A stretch of 64,000 nucleotides of DNA from NCBI GenBank assembly GCA_012841065.1, contig DUVI01000053.1, forward strand, positions 43,811-107,810, given 5' to 3'. Shown here in pieces: positions 29,312 to 38,270 of this stretch. How positions within the stretch are numbered: the stretch's first letter is position 1; every line of letters begins with the position of its first letter. The notes below the pieces were generated by a model. That model saw nothing but the letters and a program-made list of their open reading frames with translations, made no database searches and was not told the origin of the DNA. Source of the DNA: Bacillota bacterium. GTDB taxonomy: Bacteria > Bacillota > Sulfobacillia > Fermentithermobacillales > Fermentithermobacillaceae. Both the position numbers and the translations under genes were made by a program.

Positions 29312-30460
29312 ATGGTGAGCAACGTGCGTATATCAATGTGGACTGACAGTTACTATCCTTATATTTCAGGTGTTACTCGCTCTGTAGCAACCACCAAAGA
29401 ATCCTTGGAGCTTATGGGCCACGACGTTACAGTGTTCTGTCCTTCCTATCCGGGGACCACTCACGAGGATAAGATTTATCGCTTCCAGTCCATAAAAGCG
29501 CCCACCAAACCTGACTATTACATAGCTTTTCCTGCGAATCCCAAGCATCTAATCGCCCTAAGCGAAATCTCGCCTGAAATCATCCATATTCATTCGCCGT
29601 TTAACCTTGGTAAGATGGGACTAAGGATGGGCAAACTCCTCAAGATCCCGGTGGTGTTTACTTACCACACAATGTACACCCTGTACTCACACTACCTACC
29701 TGTCATAGGGCCAATGGCATCTGAACTTATCGAAGCAGGGTCTTTCATGACCGCCAAGCAGGCAAACGCAGTAATAGCCCCGTCCACTGCAATCAGAGAC
29801 TATCTTATCGAGCACAAGGTGAAAACCAAAATCTTCGTAATCCCGACCGGCATTGATGTTAACCGTTTCCGCCAAGGAGACCCGGGCTACATACGTAACA
29901 CGTTCAATGTTCCGTCCGGCGTTCCGGTGCTCCTCAGCTGCGGGAGGTTAGGGCCTGAAAAGAATCCTGAGACCCTAATCAAAGCGTTTGCCCTAATCCA
30001 GAGACACATAGACTGCTACCTTGTGATGGTGGGCGACGGGCCCTTGCACGAAACCCTTGTCGAACTTGCCAACAAGCTAAACGTAAGCCACAGGATCATA
30101 TTCACGGGCAAAACACCTCCTGATATCATGCCCCACATGTATGCAAGTTCAGATGTGTTCTTGTTTGCATCTGTAACAGAAACCCAGGGGCTGGTCATAG
30201 TTGAGGCAAAATCAGCCGGTGTTCCGTGTGTAGCGGTAGGGGCGCTTGGTGTCAGAGATATGGTCGAACATGATGTAGACGGATACTTGTGCGAAAACGC
30301 CCCTGAAGCCATTGCTGAAAAAACCCTGGCCTTGCTGGAAGACCAGGAGTTGCTGACTACCATGAAATCCAACGCATTGGCCAATGCATCAAAGTTTTCA
30401 TTGGAAACAACCTGCAGCAGGCTCGTTGACTGCTACATGGAAACCGCCCAACACTTGTAA
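29312..30460 (+). CDS. GT4-family glycosyltransferase
   Basis: GT-B fold with an EX7E motif (TETQGLVIVEA) and an N-terminal (R)ISMWTDSYYPYISGV. The start is ambiguous between 29243, 29312 and 29321. Confidence 0.8.
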   Translation: MVSNVRISMWTDSYYPYISGVTRSVATTKESLELMGHDVTVFCPSYPGTTHEDKIYRFQSIKAPTKPDYYIAFPANPKHLIALSEISPEIIHIHSPFNLGKMGLRMGKLLKIPVVFTYHTMYTLYSHYLPVIGPMASELIEAGSFMTAKQANAVIAPSTAIRDYLIEHKVKTKIFVIPTGIDVNRFRQGDPGYIRNTFNVPSGVPVLLSCGRLGPEKNPETLIKAFALIQRHIDCYLVMVGDGPLHETLVELANKLNVSHRIIFTGKTPPDIMPHMYASSDVFLFASVTETQGLVIVEAKSAGVPCVAVGALGVRDMVEHDVDGYLCENAPEAIAEKTLALLEDQELLTTMKSNALANASKFSLETTCSRLVDCYMETAQHL

Positions 30461-31921
30461 TCAAGCAGGCCTTTCAATCCGCCCCTTGCGTGCAAGTGCC
30501 TCCATGTAGAGCTCAGTGTACAGGGCCGCTGACCTGTTCCACGAGAAGTCCCGCTGCATTACATTGACTACAAACGCTTGCCATGCCTCCTTGTTGTTGT
30601 ACGCCCTAACCGCCCTGGATACAGCGCCCACTAGGTCGTCTGCAGAGTAATCCCAGAACACAAAGCCGCTACCTGTCCCGCTATTGGCATCGTAATCCAG
30701 TACAGTGTCCTGGAGGCCTCCGGTCCTGCGAACTATGGGGACTGAGCCGTATCTCATGGCAATCAGCTGGCCTAGTCCGCACGGCTCGTATCTTGAAGGC
30801 ATGAGGAACATGTCGGAACCTGCATAGATTTTCTGAGCCAGTACCCCGCTGAAGCCGATTATTGCGGCCATTTTGTCGGGATAGCGCTCCTTTACGGAGA
30901 CAAACGCTTGTTCATAATGGGGATCTCCTGTCCCCAACAGCACAAACTGCACATCCATGGACAGTACCCTATGGATCGATTCGAGGAGTATATCAAGGCC
31001 TTTCTGATCTACAAGCCGGGAGACCATCCCGATGAGGGGACGCTCCGATATGGGCAATCCAAGTTCTCTCTGCAAGGCGCACTTGTTTTCCTTTTTCTTG
31101 TCTATGCTTTGGGAATCATACGTCTTGTAAATTCTCGGATCAGTGCTGGGGTCAAACTCATGGTAGTTGATCCCGTTCACAATTCCAAACAGGTCCCTGC
31201 CGCGCTTTCTGAGAATCCCATCGAGGCCTTCACCGAACTCGGGTGTCTGTATTTCCCGGGAATATGTCTCTGATACCGTGTTCAGTACATCCGCGTACAC
31301 TATGCCGGCCTTCATGAAGTTTACTTGGCCGTAATACTCTACTCCTTCAGGGTGGAAATAGCGTTCCGGGACACCCAAGAAATGAAGCGTCTGCTTTGGG
31401 AAATTACCTTGATACCGCAGGTTGTGTATGGTGTAGCAAGTAGCCACATCTTCCCATACCGGATTACCGGGCACCCTTTCCCTTATAAGAAGAGGCACAA
31501 ATCCGGACTGCCAATCGTTGCAGTGAACTACATCCGGGATGAAGTTAAGATGCTCACACATAGTCAACACTGCCCGGTTGAAGAAGCTGAACCTCTCTGC
31601 TTCATCCGGATAACCATAATACCCTTCCCTGTCAAAATAATGGTAGTTGTCCAGGAAATACACGGGAACATGTTTTACCCCATCCGGGCTCTTAGCCTCG
31701 ATGAAGCTTGTGCGTACGATGCACGTTACTTTCCTCTGCCCCACTTGAACGGGAAAATCGCCGATGGTGCGAAAATCAGATATGCTACGGTAGCGGGGCA
31801 ACACAACCCGCACATCATTGCCTTGCAGGAGAAGTGCTTTCGGCAGCGAACCGGCTACATCTGCCAATCCACCCGTCTTGGCGAAAGGAGCTACTTCAGA
31901 TGACACTATCAGAATCTTCAT
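30461..31921 (-). CDS. glgA: Glycogen/starch synthase (GT5, ADP-glucose type)
   Basis: N-terminal MKILIVSSEVAPFAKTGGLADV (KTGGL motif) and a C-terminal EPCGL motif. Its stop abuts the GT4 stop with zero spacer. Confidence 0.9.
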   Translation of the reverse strand: MKILIVSSEVAPFAKTGGLADVAGSLPKALLLQGNDVRVVLPRYRSISDFRTIGDFPVQVGQRKVTCIVRTSFIEAKSPDGVKHVPVYFLDNYHYFDREGYYGYPDEAERFSFFNRAVLTMCEHLNFIPDVVHCNDWQSGFVPLLIRERVPGNPVWEDVATCYTIHNLRYQGNFPKQTLHFLGVPERYFHPEGVEYYGQVNFMKAGIVYADVLNTVSETYSREIQTPEFGEGLDGILRKRGRDLFGIVNGINYHEFDPSTDPRIYKTYDSQSIDKKKENKCALQRELGLPISERPLIGMVSRLVDQKGLDILLESIHRVLSMDVQFVLLGTGDPHYEQAFVSVKERYPDKMAAIIGFSGVLAQKIYAGSDMFLMPSRYEPCGLGQLIAMRYGSVPIVRRTGGLQDTVLDYDANSGTGSGFVFWDYSADDLVGAVSRAVRAYNNKEAWQAFVVNVMQRDFSWNRSAALYTELYMEALARKGRIERPA

Positions 31922-31942
31922 TCCTGTATCCAGCAATTTACC

Positions 31943-33001
31943 TCATCCTTTCCCACCGAATTGAAGCGCTGCTAACTCAGGAGGAACTGGGTTTATCCAG
32001 ACTGCAGCGCCCTTCTCCAACCCCGCTTCTACATTGAGCCGCGGATATACGTGGATATGCCAATGGTCGGTTGGGTGCTTCCTGGACCGCTTAGGAGGAG
32101 GAAGAGTGTGAAAAACAATGTTGTACGAAAGGGACGAGAACATATTTTCGTAAGCACGAAACAACGATGTAAACACTTCTGCAAGTTGCGTTGCCTTTTC
32201 ATTGTCCAGTTCCGAAAATGTCACACAATGCTTTCTGGGCACTATCAGAGTTTCAAACGAGAATCTTGAAGCGAAAGGGCAGAGCACGATGAATTCATCA
32301 TTTTTCAGTGCCACCCTCTCATCCTTCTCCGTTTCCCGTTCTATGTAATCGCACATGAGGCACCGTCCGGTCTTTGACTCGTACTCCCTGAAATGCGATA
32401 CCTCCCTGGACACTTCAGGCGGCATGAGCGGCAATCCTATTATCTGAAAATGAGGATGCAACAAGGAAGCGCCGCCTTCAGGCCCCCAGTTCCGGAAGAT
32501 TTGCACATAGCTGATGTATTTGTCATCGCTGAGCACCCTGTACCGCTGCTTGAGGGTTTCAAGGATTACTGCCATCTCCTCTACGGTATATGTGCCCAAG
32601 GTGCCGTTGTGCTTGACTGACTCAACTACTACCTCATGGGCCCCGATGCCGGGCATGCGCCAATACATGGAGGTATCATCCGCTTCCGGTGCGGCCTCTG
32701 TGTCAATCATCCCTGAGTCGATCTCTGCCGTTTCTGCAGAACGCAATGCAGGGAACTTGTTGGGAACCACCCGCACACGCCAACCTGGCTGGTTTGCTTC
32801 GCCGGCATCGCGCAGCGCATACACTTCAGGAGGGGTCTCATTCTCGTTGCCTACGCAGAACGAGCAATTAGGATCGATCTCGGGAACCGGGCCCTCATAT
32901 TTCTGGGCCGCCTTGAAGTCGTTCGGCCTTTTTGCCCGGTCTGAGGCGATTATGGTACAGGTTCCGGACAAAATGTCATATCGTAGTTCGGGCAAGTGCA
33001 T
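31943..33001 (-). CDS. galT: Galactose-1-phosphate uridylyltransferase-like (GalT/HIT class I)
   Basis: 352 aa with a zinc motif (CSFCVGNE) and an active-site HPHFQ (HxHxQ). Confidence 0.8.
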   Translation of the reverse strand: MHLPELRYDILSGTCTIIASDRAKRPNDFKAAQKYEGPVPEIDPNCSFCVGNENETPPEVYALRDAGEANQPGWRVRVVPNKFPALRSAETAEIDSGMIDTEAAPEADDTSMYWRMPGIGAHEVVVESVKHNGTLGTYTVEEMAVILETLKQRYRVLSDDKYISYVQIFRNWGPEGGASLLHPHFQIIGLPLMPPEVSREVSHFREYESKTGRCLMCDYIERETEKDERVALKNDEFIVLCPFASRFSFETLIVPRKHCVTFSELDNEKATQLAEVFTSLFRAYENMFSSLSYNIVFHTLPPPKRSRKHPTDHWHIHVYPRLNVEAGLEKGAAVWINPVPPELAALQFGGKG

Positions 33002-33022
33002 CGTCCTTTCGGAAGAAACTTA

Positions 33023-33053
33023 TGAATCAAAAAGGGGTAGCTAACTACCCCTT
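33023..33053 (-). terminator. Intrinsic terminator after the CotF-like gene
   Basis: Minus strand reads AAGGGGTAG-TTAG-CTACCCCTT followed by TTTTGATTC. Perfect 9-bp stem. Confidence 0.75.
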
Positions 33054-33067
33054 AACGACTTAGCTGC

Positions 33068-34138
33068 CTATCTCCACTGTCCCTGGGTTGCTGGCTGGGA
33101 CTGGATCCAGCTCGGCTGTCCGCCCCACCGGGCCCATTGAGCCAGACTGCTGGGCCCCATGCCACTCTGGCCTTCACCGGCCTGGGTGCCGGTCCACTGG
33201 GGAGTCTGGCTGTAAGTTGGTTGCCAGCCTGTGCCCGTCTGGTATGGCTGGGCCGACGACGTCACGCCTGTAGTGTAACCGCCGTATCCGTGAGTCTGGG
33301 TGCCGTAAGATGCCCCCTGGCTCCCATAGACGTTGTGAAGCCCTTGCGTCCCGCTTTGCATCCAACTCGGCTGGCCGCCCCACGATGTCCATTGAGCCAG
33401 ACTGCTGGGTCCCATGCCGCTTTGGCCCTCACCCCGCTGGGTGCCGGTCCACTGTGGGGTCTGGCTGTAAGTCGGTTGCCAGCCTGTACCTGTTCCGCTT
33501 TGCATCCAACTCGGCTGCCCGCCCCATGATGCCCACTGGCCGAGGCTGCTTGGTCCCATGCCGCTTTGGCCTTCGCCGCGCTGGGTGCCGGTCCACTGTG
33601 GGGGCTGGCTGTAAGTCGGCTGCCATCCGGTTCCCGGTTGAAACGATTGTGTCCTCATGTAAGACTGCTGGCCTGTACCTGTCTGGAACCCCTGGGACTG
33701 GGGCTGGGAATACCACCCGCCAGGCTGTGACTGCCATCCGCCGCCGGGCAGGTTTGATGAACTTCCGTAGGAATACACGTTCGGGTTGCCAATCATGTTG
33801 CTTTTTCCTCCTATATCAGACATTTCCCCGGCAATCGATGCAAGGATCTGTTTCGATTCCTGTGCTGTATTTCTCAGATCATTCACAGATTGAGCATCAG
33901 CTTGCCTGGGTTTGTACCAACCTTTCGAATTCAGGTAATCGAACACTTGCTTAGCTTGGGATTGGGTTTCGTTGTGCATCTGCTGGAACGTGTTTCTCAG
34001 GTTCGGATCCATCGACTCCAAAACCGCAGGAGCGTAGTAGTAGTTTGATATGTACTTCTGGCTCGTGAGGATGTCTTCTGCAATTTCCCTGTCAGTGAGC
34101 GTACCTTGCTTCTGCCCTGCCCCTAACGTGTGAGACAT
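33068..34138 (-). CDS. CotF-family spore coat protein with Gln/Gly/Trp/Ser-rich repetitive C-terminal region
   Basis: N-terminal about 80 aa Coat_F domain (LTDREIAEDILTSQKYISNYYYAPAVLESMDPNLRNTFQQMHNETQSQAKQVFDYLNSKGWY). The C-terminus carries three copies of a 48-aa unit. Confidence 0.8.
   Translation of the reverse strand: MSHTLGAGQKQGTLTDREIAEDILTSQKYISNYYYAPAVLESMDPNLRNTFQQMHNETQSQAKQVFDYLNSKGWYKPRQADAQSVNDLRNTAQESKQILASIAGEMSDIGGKSNMIGNPNVYSYGSSSNLPGGGWQSQPGGWYSQPQSQGFQTGTGQQSYMRTQSFQPGTGWQPTYSQPPQWTGTQRGEGQSGMGPSSLGQWASWGGQPSWMQSGTGTGWQPTYSQTPQWTGTQRGEGQSGMGPSSLAQWTSWGGQPSWMQSGTQGLHNVYGSQGASYGTQTHGYGGYTTGVTSSAQPYQTGTGWQPTYSQTPQWTGTQAGEGQSGMGPSSLAQWARWGGQPSWIQSQPATQGQWR
33095..33637 (-). 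repeat. Three copies of a 144-bp (48-aa) coding repeat inside the CotF-like gene
   Basis: Unit TGTGWQPTYSQTPQWTGTQRGEGQSGMGPSSLAQWxSWGGQPSWMQSG. Two tandem copies lie at 33350-33637 and a third at 33095-33238, all near-identical at the DNA level. Confidence 0.85.
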
Positions 34139-34157
34139 ACAATCCTCCTCCTTTGAG

Positions 34158-34340
34158 TTAGCTTACGTGGCCCATAAGCATATCAACGTGCTGCCTGCAA
34201 CTTCTTTGCAGTTCAAGAACAAGTTTGCGCAACTCAGGATCCTGTACTTGGTTGAGGTAGTTGGCCAGTTTTTGGCCCATCAGAGTTTCGCCTTTGATCG
34301 ATTCAGAAAGATACCAGGTTTCCGTTTGAGTGAGCGCCAA
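34158..34340 (-). CDS. Small (60 aa) helical protein co-transcribed upstream of the CotF-like gene
   Basis: TTG start at 34340 with a strong RBS AAGGGGGTG. Its stop lies 19 nt before the CotF-like start, which has RBS AGGAGGAGG. Loosely resembles a four-helix Coat_F-type fold, but the call is uncertain. Confidence 0.5.
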   Translation of the reverse strand: MALTQTETWYLSESIKGETLMGQKLANYLNQVQDPELRKLVLELQRSCRQHVDMLMGHVS

Positions 34341-34413
34341 TCAGCCATCACCCCCTTTCACACATCAAACTTAGGATTCCTCGGGAAATGTTCCGATATT
34401 CTCCGCTGACCCT

Positions 34414-35799
34414 TTACATTGTGAGGGAACCGGTTTCGTCGATTACCATCTGAAGCACCATTTCTTCTTGCCCGGTCATGGCATTTATGTAGATGAGGTA
34501 AGTATCTTGTGCGTGTGTAACCCGGAATTCCCACGCCATAACCGCCCTTCCTGCAACCAAGGGAATAACCGTCAACCTTGGCTCGCCTTGCCTGACCAGC
34601 TCAGGGTTAAGGACTTCGCCGGCTTGTTTTGCGGAAACCAAGGGAGGCCTGAGTTCTGTAGATACAGCATTTGTCAGGTAGGCTACCGCATCATAGCCAA
34701 TGATGTCGCCGGTATCCAAGGCCACCTCGACCTTGACCATTTCCGGGAAAAGCACTACCTGGACGGGTTTTGAGTCTACCGTAACAGATCCTGTGCCGGC
34801 ATAGGTAAACACTGCCCTGTCACCGTGGGTTTCCGGCTTGCGCCACCCTGTCTCAATGAGCCGGTTCATGCCCAACCTATCCAAGAATGCCGTTGCGGCT
34901 TGCCTTGCAGCATCTACGTCCAACTGCGGGTTTGTCCTGGCCTTCTGACCCACGCCCCACAAAACCGCGCCTCCGGCCTTGGCCACTGCAACCGACACTT
35001 CACTCCCGTCGTCTCTCGTGCCGGTTACCAGAAAAGCAGGAACCACTCCGTCAATGTTGTCAACTCGCACAGCGGTGAAATCATCTTTCTCATTCATGAA
35101 ACCAAGGGCAATCCTCTCGGCTTCTTGGGGGGAGATTTCAGGGCCCGGATTGGCAAGGGGCTTCGACTCGAGCGCCCGGTCGGAAAAGGGGCCGTCATAT
35201 GCCGGCGAAGGTACGCTTTGTACAAGGCTTTCGATTTCCGAAAACCCCCTGAACCATGCGTCATCGGTTGAAGGAACCGGTGAGGCCAATCTCAGAGATA
35301 ACAGCCCCGCCTGGGAGCCTCCACCCTTGAAAGCATTGGCCCCTGTTTCTGCAAGTGCCCTGGCAAGATCTTTCACTCCGGTTTCGCAGGTGCTGAGCAC
35401 TTCCCATTCTGAAGGTGTCACAGTATCGCCTCTCGCGAGTTTCTGGGACAATACCATGCAGTAATCCCCCACCTGGGCAACGAACTTCTGCATAGCTGAA
35501 AGGTCTACTGTCGTCATCCCCATGACCGATAGGTTTTCCTGAGCTGCCTGAGAATGGGACCAGGTAGCAGTCAAGAAACCACTGCGTTGGGCAGGTGTCG
35601 ACGAAGCTCTTGCCTTGGCAAGGTTCCCTTCCATGTTCTCAACATGGGACAGTAAGTTGAAGAACGCCCGCTGCCTGGCCACTTCACCTAGGATTCTAAA
35701 CTTTTGGGCCTGCCGGTACTGGACTATACCAAAAATAATGGCTGCAATGGCAATCGCCGTAGTTATCCAAAGGGCATATCTTTCCCGTCTGACTTCCAT
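34414..35799 (-). CDS. ypeB: Spore germination protein YpeB (PepSY-domain protein)
   Basis: 461 aa with an N-terminal TM helix. YpeB-like blocks are present (ARQRAFFNLLSHVENMEGNL; C-terminal TYLIYINAMTGQEEMVLQ). Directly downstream of sleB. Confidence 0.85.
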   Translation of the reverse strand: MEVRRERYALWITTAIAIAAIIFGIVQYRQAQKFRILGEVARQRAFFNLLSHVENMEGNLAKARASSTPAQRSGFLTATWSHSQAAQENLSVMGMTTVDLSAMQKFVAQVGDYCMVLSQKLARGDTVTPSEWEVLSTCETGVKDLARALAETGANAFKGGGSQAGLLSLRLASPVPSTDDAWFRGFSEIESLVQSVPSPAYDGPFSDRALESKPLANPGPEISPQEAERIALGFMNEKDDFTAVRVDNIDGVVPAFLVTGTRDDGSEVSVAVAKAGGAVLWGVGQKARTNPQLDVDAARQAATAFLDRLGMNRLIETGWRKPETHGDRAVFTYAGTGSVTVDSKPVQVVLFPEMVKVEVALDTGDIIGYDAVAYLTNAVSTELRPPLVSAKQAGEVLNPELVRQGEPRLTVIPLVAGRAVMAWEFRVTHAQDTYLIYINAMTGQEEMVLQMVIDETGSLTM

Positions 35800-35819
35800 G
35801 AATAATCATCCTCCCCAAC

Positions 35820-36308
35820 CTAACGGCCGAAAACGTGAGACCCGATTTGAACTATAATCGAGCGCGACCATATCCACGGGCTGACCGGCTTTGACGGGTT
35901 CCAGAAAAAAAGCGCTCCATAAGTTGGGTCCCACCCGTTTAGCGCAAGTTCAGCAGCCCGGATGTTCTCAGGCGATGGGTCCCTGGTCCATATCAGCCCG
36001 TTTTCCACCGATTCAAACGCCCAGGGATCATACACTACACCGGCAACTGTATTTGGAAATTCAGGGCTCCTAGCCCGGTTGAGGATGACGGCGGCCACAC
36101 CTACCTGGCCGGTAAGAGGTTCACCTGTGGCCTCGCCCATGATGAGCCTGGCGATAAGGTTTACCTCATCCAACCACGTTTGCGGTGCGGCCAACGCCCA
36201 TTCAGGGGCTGCCATGCACTGAGGAATATCTGATCTGAGGAACACAGTGCAAAACAAGAGCAAGCCTACTACGGTCGCTAAGGAGAATATCTTTCTTGAC
36301 ATAGACAT
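35820..36308 (-). CDS. sleB: Spore cortex-lytic enzyme SleB-type hydrolase (catalytic domain only)
   Basis: 162 aa with a signal peptide and a Hydrolase_2 domain (VAAVILNRARSPEFPNTVAGVVYDPWAFESV...GALFFWNPSKPVSPWIW). It lacks the N-terminal PG-binding repeats. Confidence 0.8.
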   Translation of the reverse strand: MSMSRKIFSLATVVGLLLFCTVFLRSDIPQCMAAPEWALAAPQTWLDEVNLIARLIMGEATGEPLTGQVGVAAVILNRARSPEFPNTVAGVVYDPWAFESVENGLIWTRDPSPENIRAAELALNGWDPTYGALFFWNPSKPVSPWIWSRSIIVQIGSHVFGR

Positions 36309-36383
36309 CCCTTCCCAGTGAACTCTTAGTTTTTCTTAGAGTTCCTGAAAAGGCAGTGGAATTATTCACATACCATGGGCTTA

Positions 36384-37388
36384 CTAGTTACCCTGGTACA
36401 GTTCGACATTCCGGTTATGTTCGTCGAGGGTGCGGGAAAACGCGTGGGTCCCGTCGTTCTTTGAGACAAAATAGAGGTAATCCACATCTGCGGGGTTCAG
36501 GACCGCCTCTAATGAGGCCTTTCCGAAATTGGATACAGGCCCGGGAGGCAGTCCCGTATACCTATAAGTATTGTAGGGAGAGTCGACATCCAGTTCCTTG
36601 AGCAACAAAGTGCCGCTCGACCTACCCAATGCATAAAGCACAGTGGGACAGGCACCCAAGTGCATTCCGATCCTGAGCCGGTTCAAGTAGACAGCTGCAA
36701 TCATGGACCTTTCTTCATCTACCATAGCTTCCTTCTCGACAAGCGCGGCAAGAGTTGAAACCTGGTGCACAGACAACCCCATCTGTTTGGCTTTATCCCG
36801 GAGTTCCTGATTGAACACCTGACCAAAACGGTCAATCATCATTGCAATAAGCTGTTCTTCAGTCGTGCCCTTGGATATGTTGTAGGTATCAGGAAACAGA
36901 TAACCTTCCACAGGATATACTGTCTCAGCCAGTTCCTCAGATTCTGCAAGGGAAACTACCCATTCTGGGTTCTTAGCCAGTTCCAAGAACCTTTGTTTAT
37001 CTCCGAATCCCTTTTCTTCAATAACAGCAGCTATGTCTTCAACGCGTAAACCTTCCCTGATGGTAAGCGGATAATACACAACCTTGCCTTCTACGAGGAC
37101 CGATATGGCATCCCACACGAAAACTCCGGGTTCAAAACTAAACTCTCCGGCTTTCATCTTGCCGTCAGCTTTGAGCGCTTTAGAAACAAGGCGGAATAAG
37201 AGGGGGCTTCTGATCACTCCCGCCTGATATAAGGTATCTGCAATATCCCTGGAAGAAGCGCCCGGCTGGATGACCACATCGACCGGAGGCGAATCCGCAG
37301 GGAGCGGGCATGAGCTCAAATGCACCAGACCGGCAACGCAACACAATAGCAGAAGCCCAATTGCAACAGCCCTAATCACTGACTTCAT
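36384..37388 (-). CDS. mltG: Endolytic murein transglycosylase MltG (YceG family)
   Basis: 334 aa with a signal/TM N-terminus and a YceG domain (YLFPDTYNISKGTT...YNTYRYTGLPPGPVSNFG). Confidence 0.9.
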   Translation of the reverse strand: MKSVIRAVAIGLLLLCCVAGLVHLSSCPLPADSPPVDVVIQPGASSRDIADTLYQAGVIRSPLLFRLVSKALKADGKMKAGEFSFEPGVFVWDAISVLVEGKVVYYPLTIREGLRVEDIAAVIEEKGFGDKQRFLELAKNPEWVVSLAESEELAETVYPVEGYLFPDTYNISKGTTEEQLIAMMIDRFGQVFNQELRDKAKQMGLSVHQVSTLAALVEKEAMVDEERSMIAAVYLNRLRIGMHLGACPTVLYALGRSSGTLLLKELDVDSPYNTYRYTGLPPGPVSNFGKASLEAVLNPADVDYLYFVSKNDGTHAFSRTLDEHNRNVELYQGN

Positions 37389-37427
37389 CCCGCGCCCGCT
37401 CCCTCCGGCTCTCTCACGCCTTACGCT

Positions 37428-38255
37428 TCAAACCCCGGGCTCTTCATCATCATCTTCGTAATCTTCCACTTCAATATCATCTTCAAGGTCTAATTCATAG
37501 AGGGCCCCGATTACCTCTTCCCATTCATCTTCCTCATCTATGGTGCAGAGAGTAGCTCCATCTTCACCCAACCTGTCTACGCGCAAGATTACGATTTCCG
37601 GTTGATCATCTTCTTCACTATCTGCCGGCATAAGCACAACGTATTGCCTGTCTCCTACAAATAAGCCGTCCAACAGGAGTTTGAATTCCTCTTCGTTACC
37701 GTCCTCGTCAGACAACACTATTACATCATCAAAGGCCTGCTCTCCTAAGTTGTCGGTTTTCCGGTCATCTCGGTTGTTCACGTTCTCACTGCCTTTCGGG
37801 TTTCCGTGCGTGTTTGACACACTACGAAGATAGTTTTCGAGAATCAGTACCGAAGCCGCCTCATCAATTGCCGTCCGGCGCCTTCGTCTTGACATTCCCA
37901 AGCCTATCATTTCCCGTTCAGCTTGTGAAGTAGTTAATCTCTCATCCCAAAGCACAACAGGCAGGCCGCTTCTGGCCTCCAATTTACGTGCAAAATTGAG
38001 GGCCCTTCTGGCTGATTCACCAAAGCTTCCGTCCATATTCTTGGGGATACCGACTACAAAGCCTACCGCTTTGTAGGTCGCTGCAAGACTCATGGTTTCT
38101 TCAAGCACCTGTTCCAGGTTCCGGTAGGGTATGGTGCAAAGCGGATGAGCAAAACACGCCAGTTCATCGCTTATGGATACCCCGACGCGTCTCAGCCCCA
38201 AGTCTATTCCTATCAGTCTTCCTTCAGGAACGTCAGTCTTTGACCTCAGAATCAT
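37428..38255 (-). CDS. ruvX: Holliday-junction resolvase-like RuvX (YqgF) fused to a C-terminal DUF1292 (YrzB-like) acidic domain
   Basis: Residues 1-145 form a YqgF RNase H-like domain (LIGIDLGLRRVGVSISDE). Residues about 175-275 form a DUF1292-like domain (IVLSDEDGNEEEFKLLLDGLFVGDRQYVVLMPADSEEDDQPEIVILRV...EEDEWEEVIGALYEL). The two domains sit in one uninterrupted frame. Confidence 0.8.
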   Translation of the reverse strand: MILRSKTDVPEGRLIGIDLGLRRVGVSISDELACFAHPLCTIPYRNLEQVLEETMSLAATYKAVGFVVGIPKNMDGSFGESARRALNFARKLEARSGLPVVLWDERLTTSQAEREMIGLGMSRRRRRTAIDEAASVLILENYLRSVSNTHGNPKGSENVNNRDDRKTDNLGEQAFDDVIVLSDEDGNEEEFKLLLDGLFVGDRQYVVLMPADSEEDDQPEIVILRVDRLGEDGATLCTIDEEDEWEEVIGALYELDLEDDIEVEDYEDDDEEPGV

Positions 38256-38270
38256 TCACCGCCTTGGTTT

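Noticed and set aside
33095-33637. Tandem DNA repeats that could be mistaken for a CRISPR array or minisatellite
   Set aside because: The units are 144 bp and directly contiguous with no unique spacers, and they are in frame within a coding sequence. This is a protein repeat, not CRISPR. No cas genes are present in the window.
33137-33954. Plus-strand ORFs (130 and 214 aa) with repetitive Pro/Ala/Cys/Arg-rich sequence
   Set aside because: These are antisense images of the 144-bp tandem repeats inside the CotF-like gene. The repeat structure keeps the antisense frame open.
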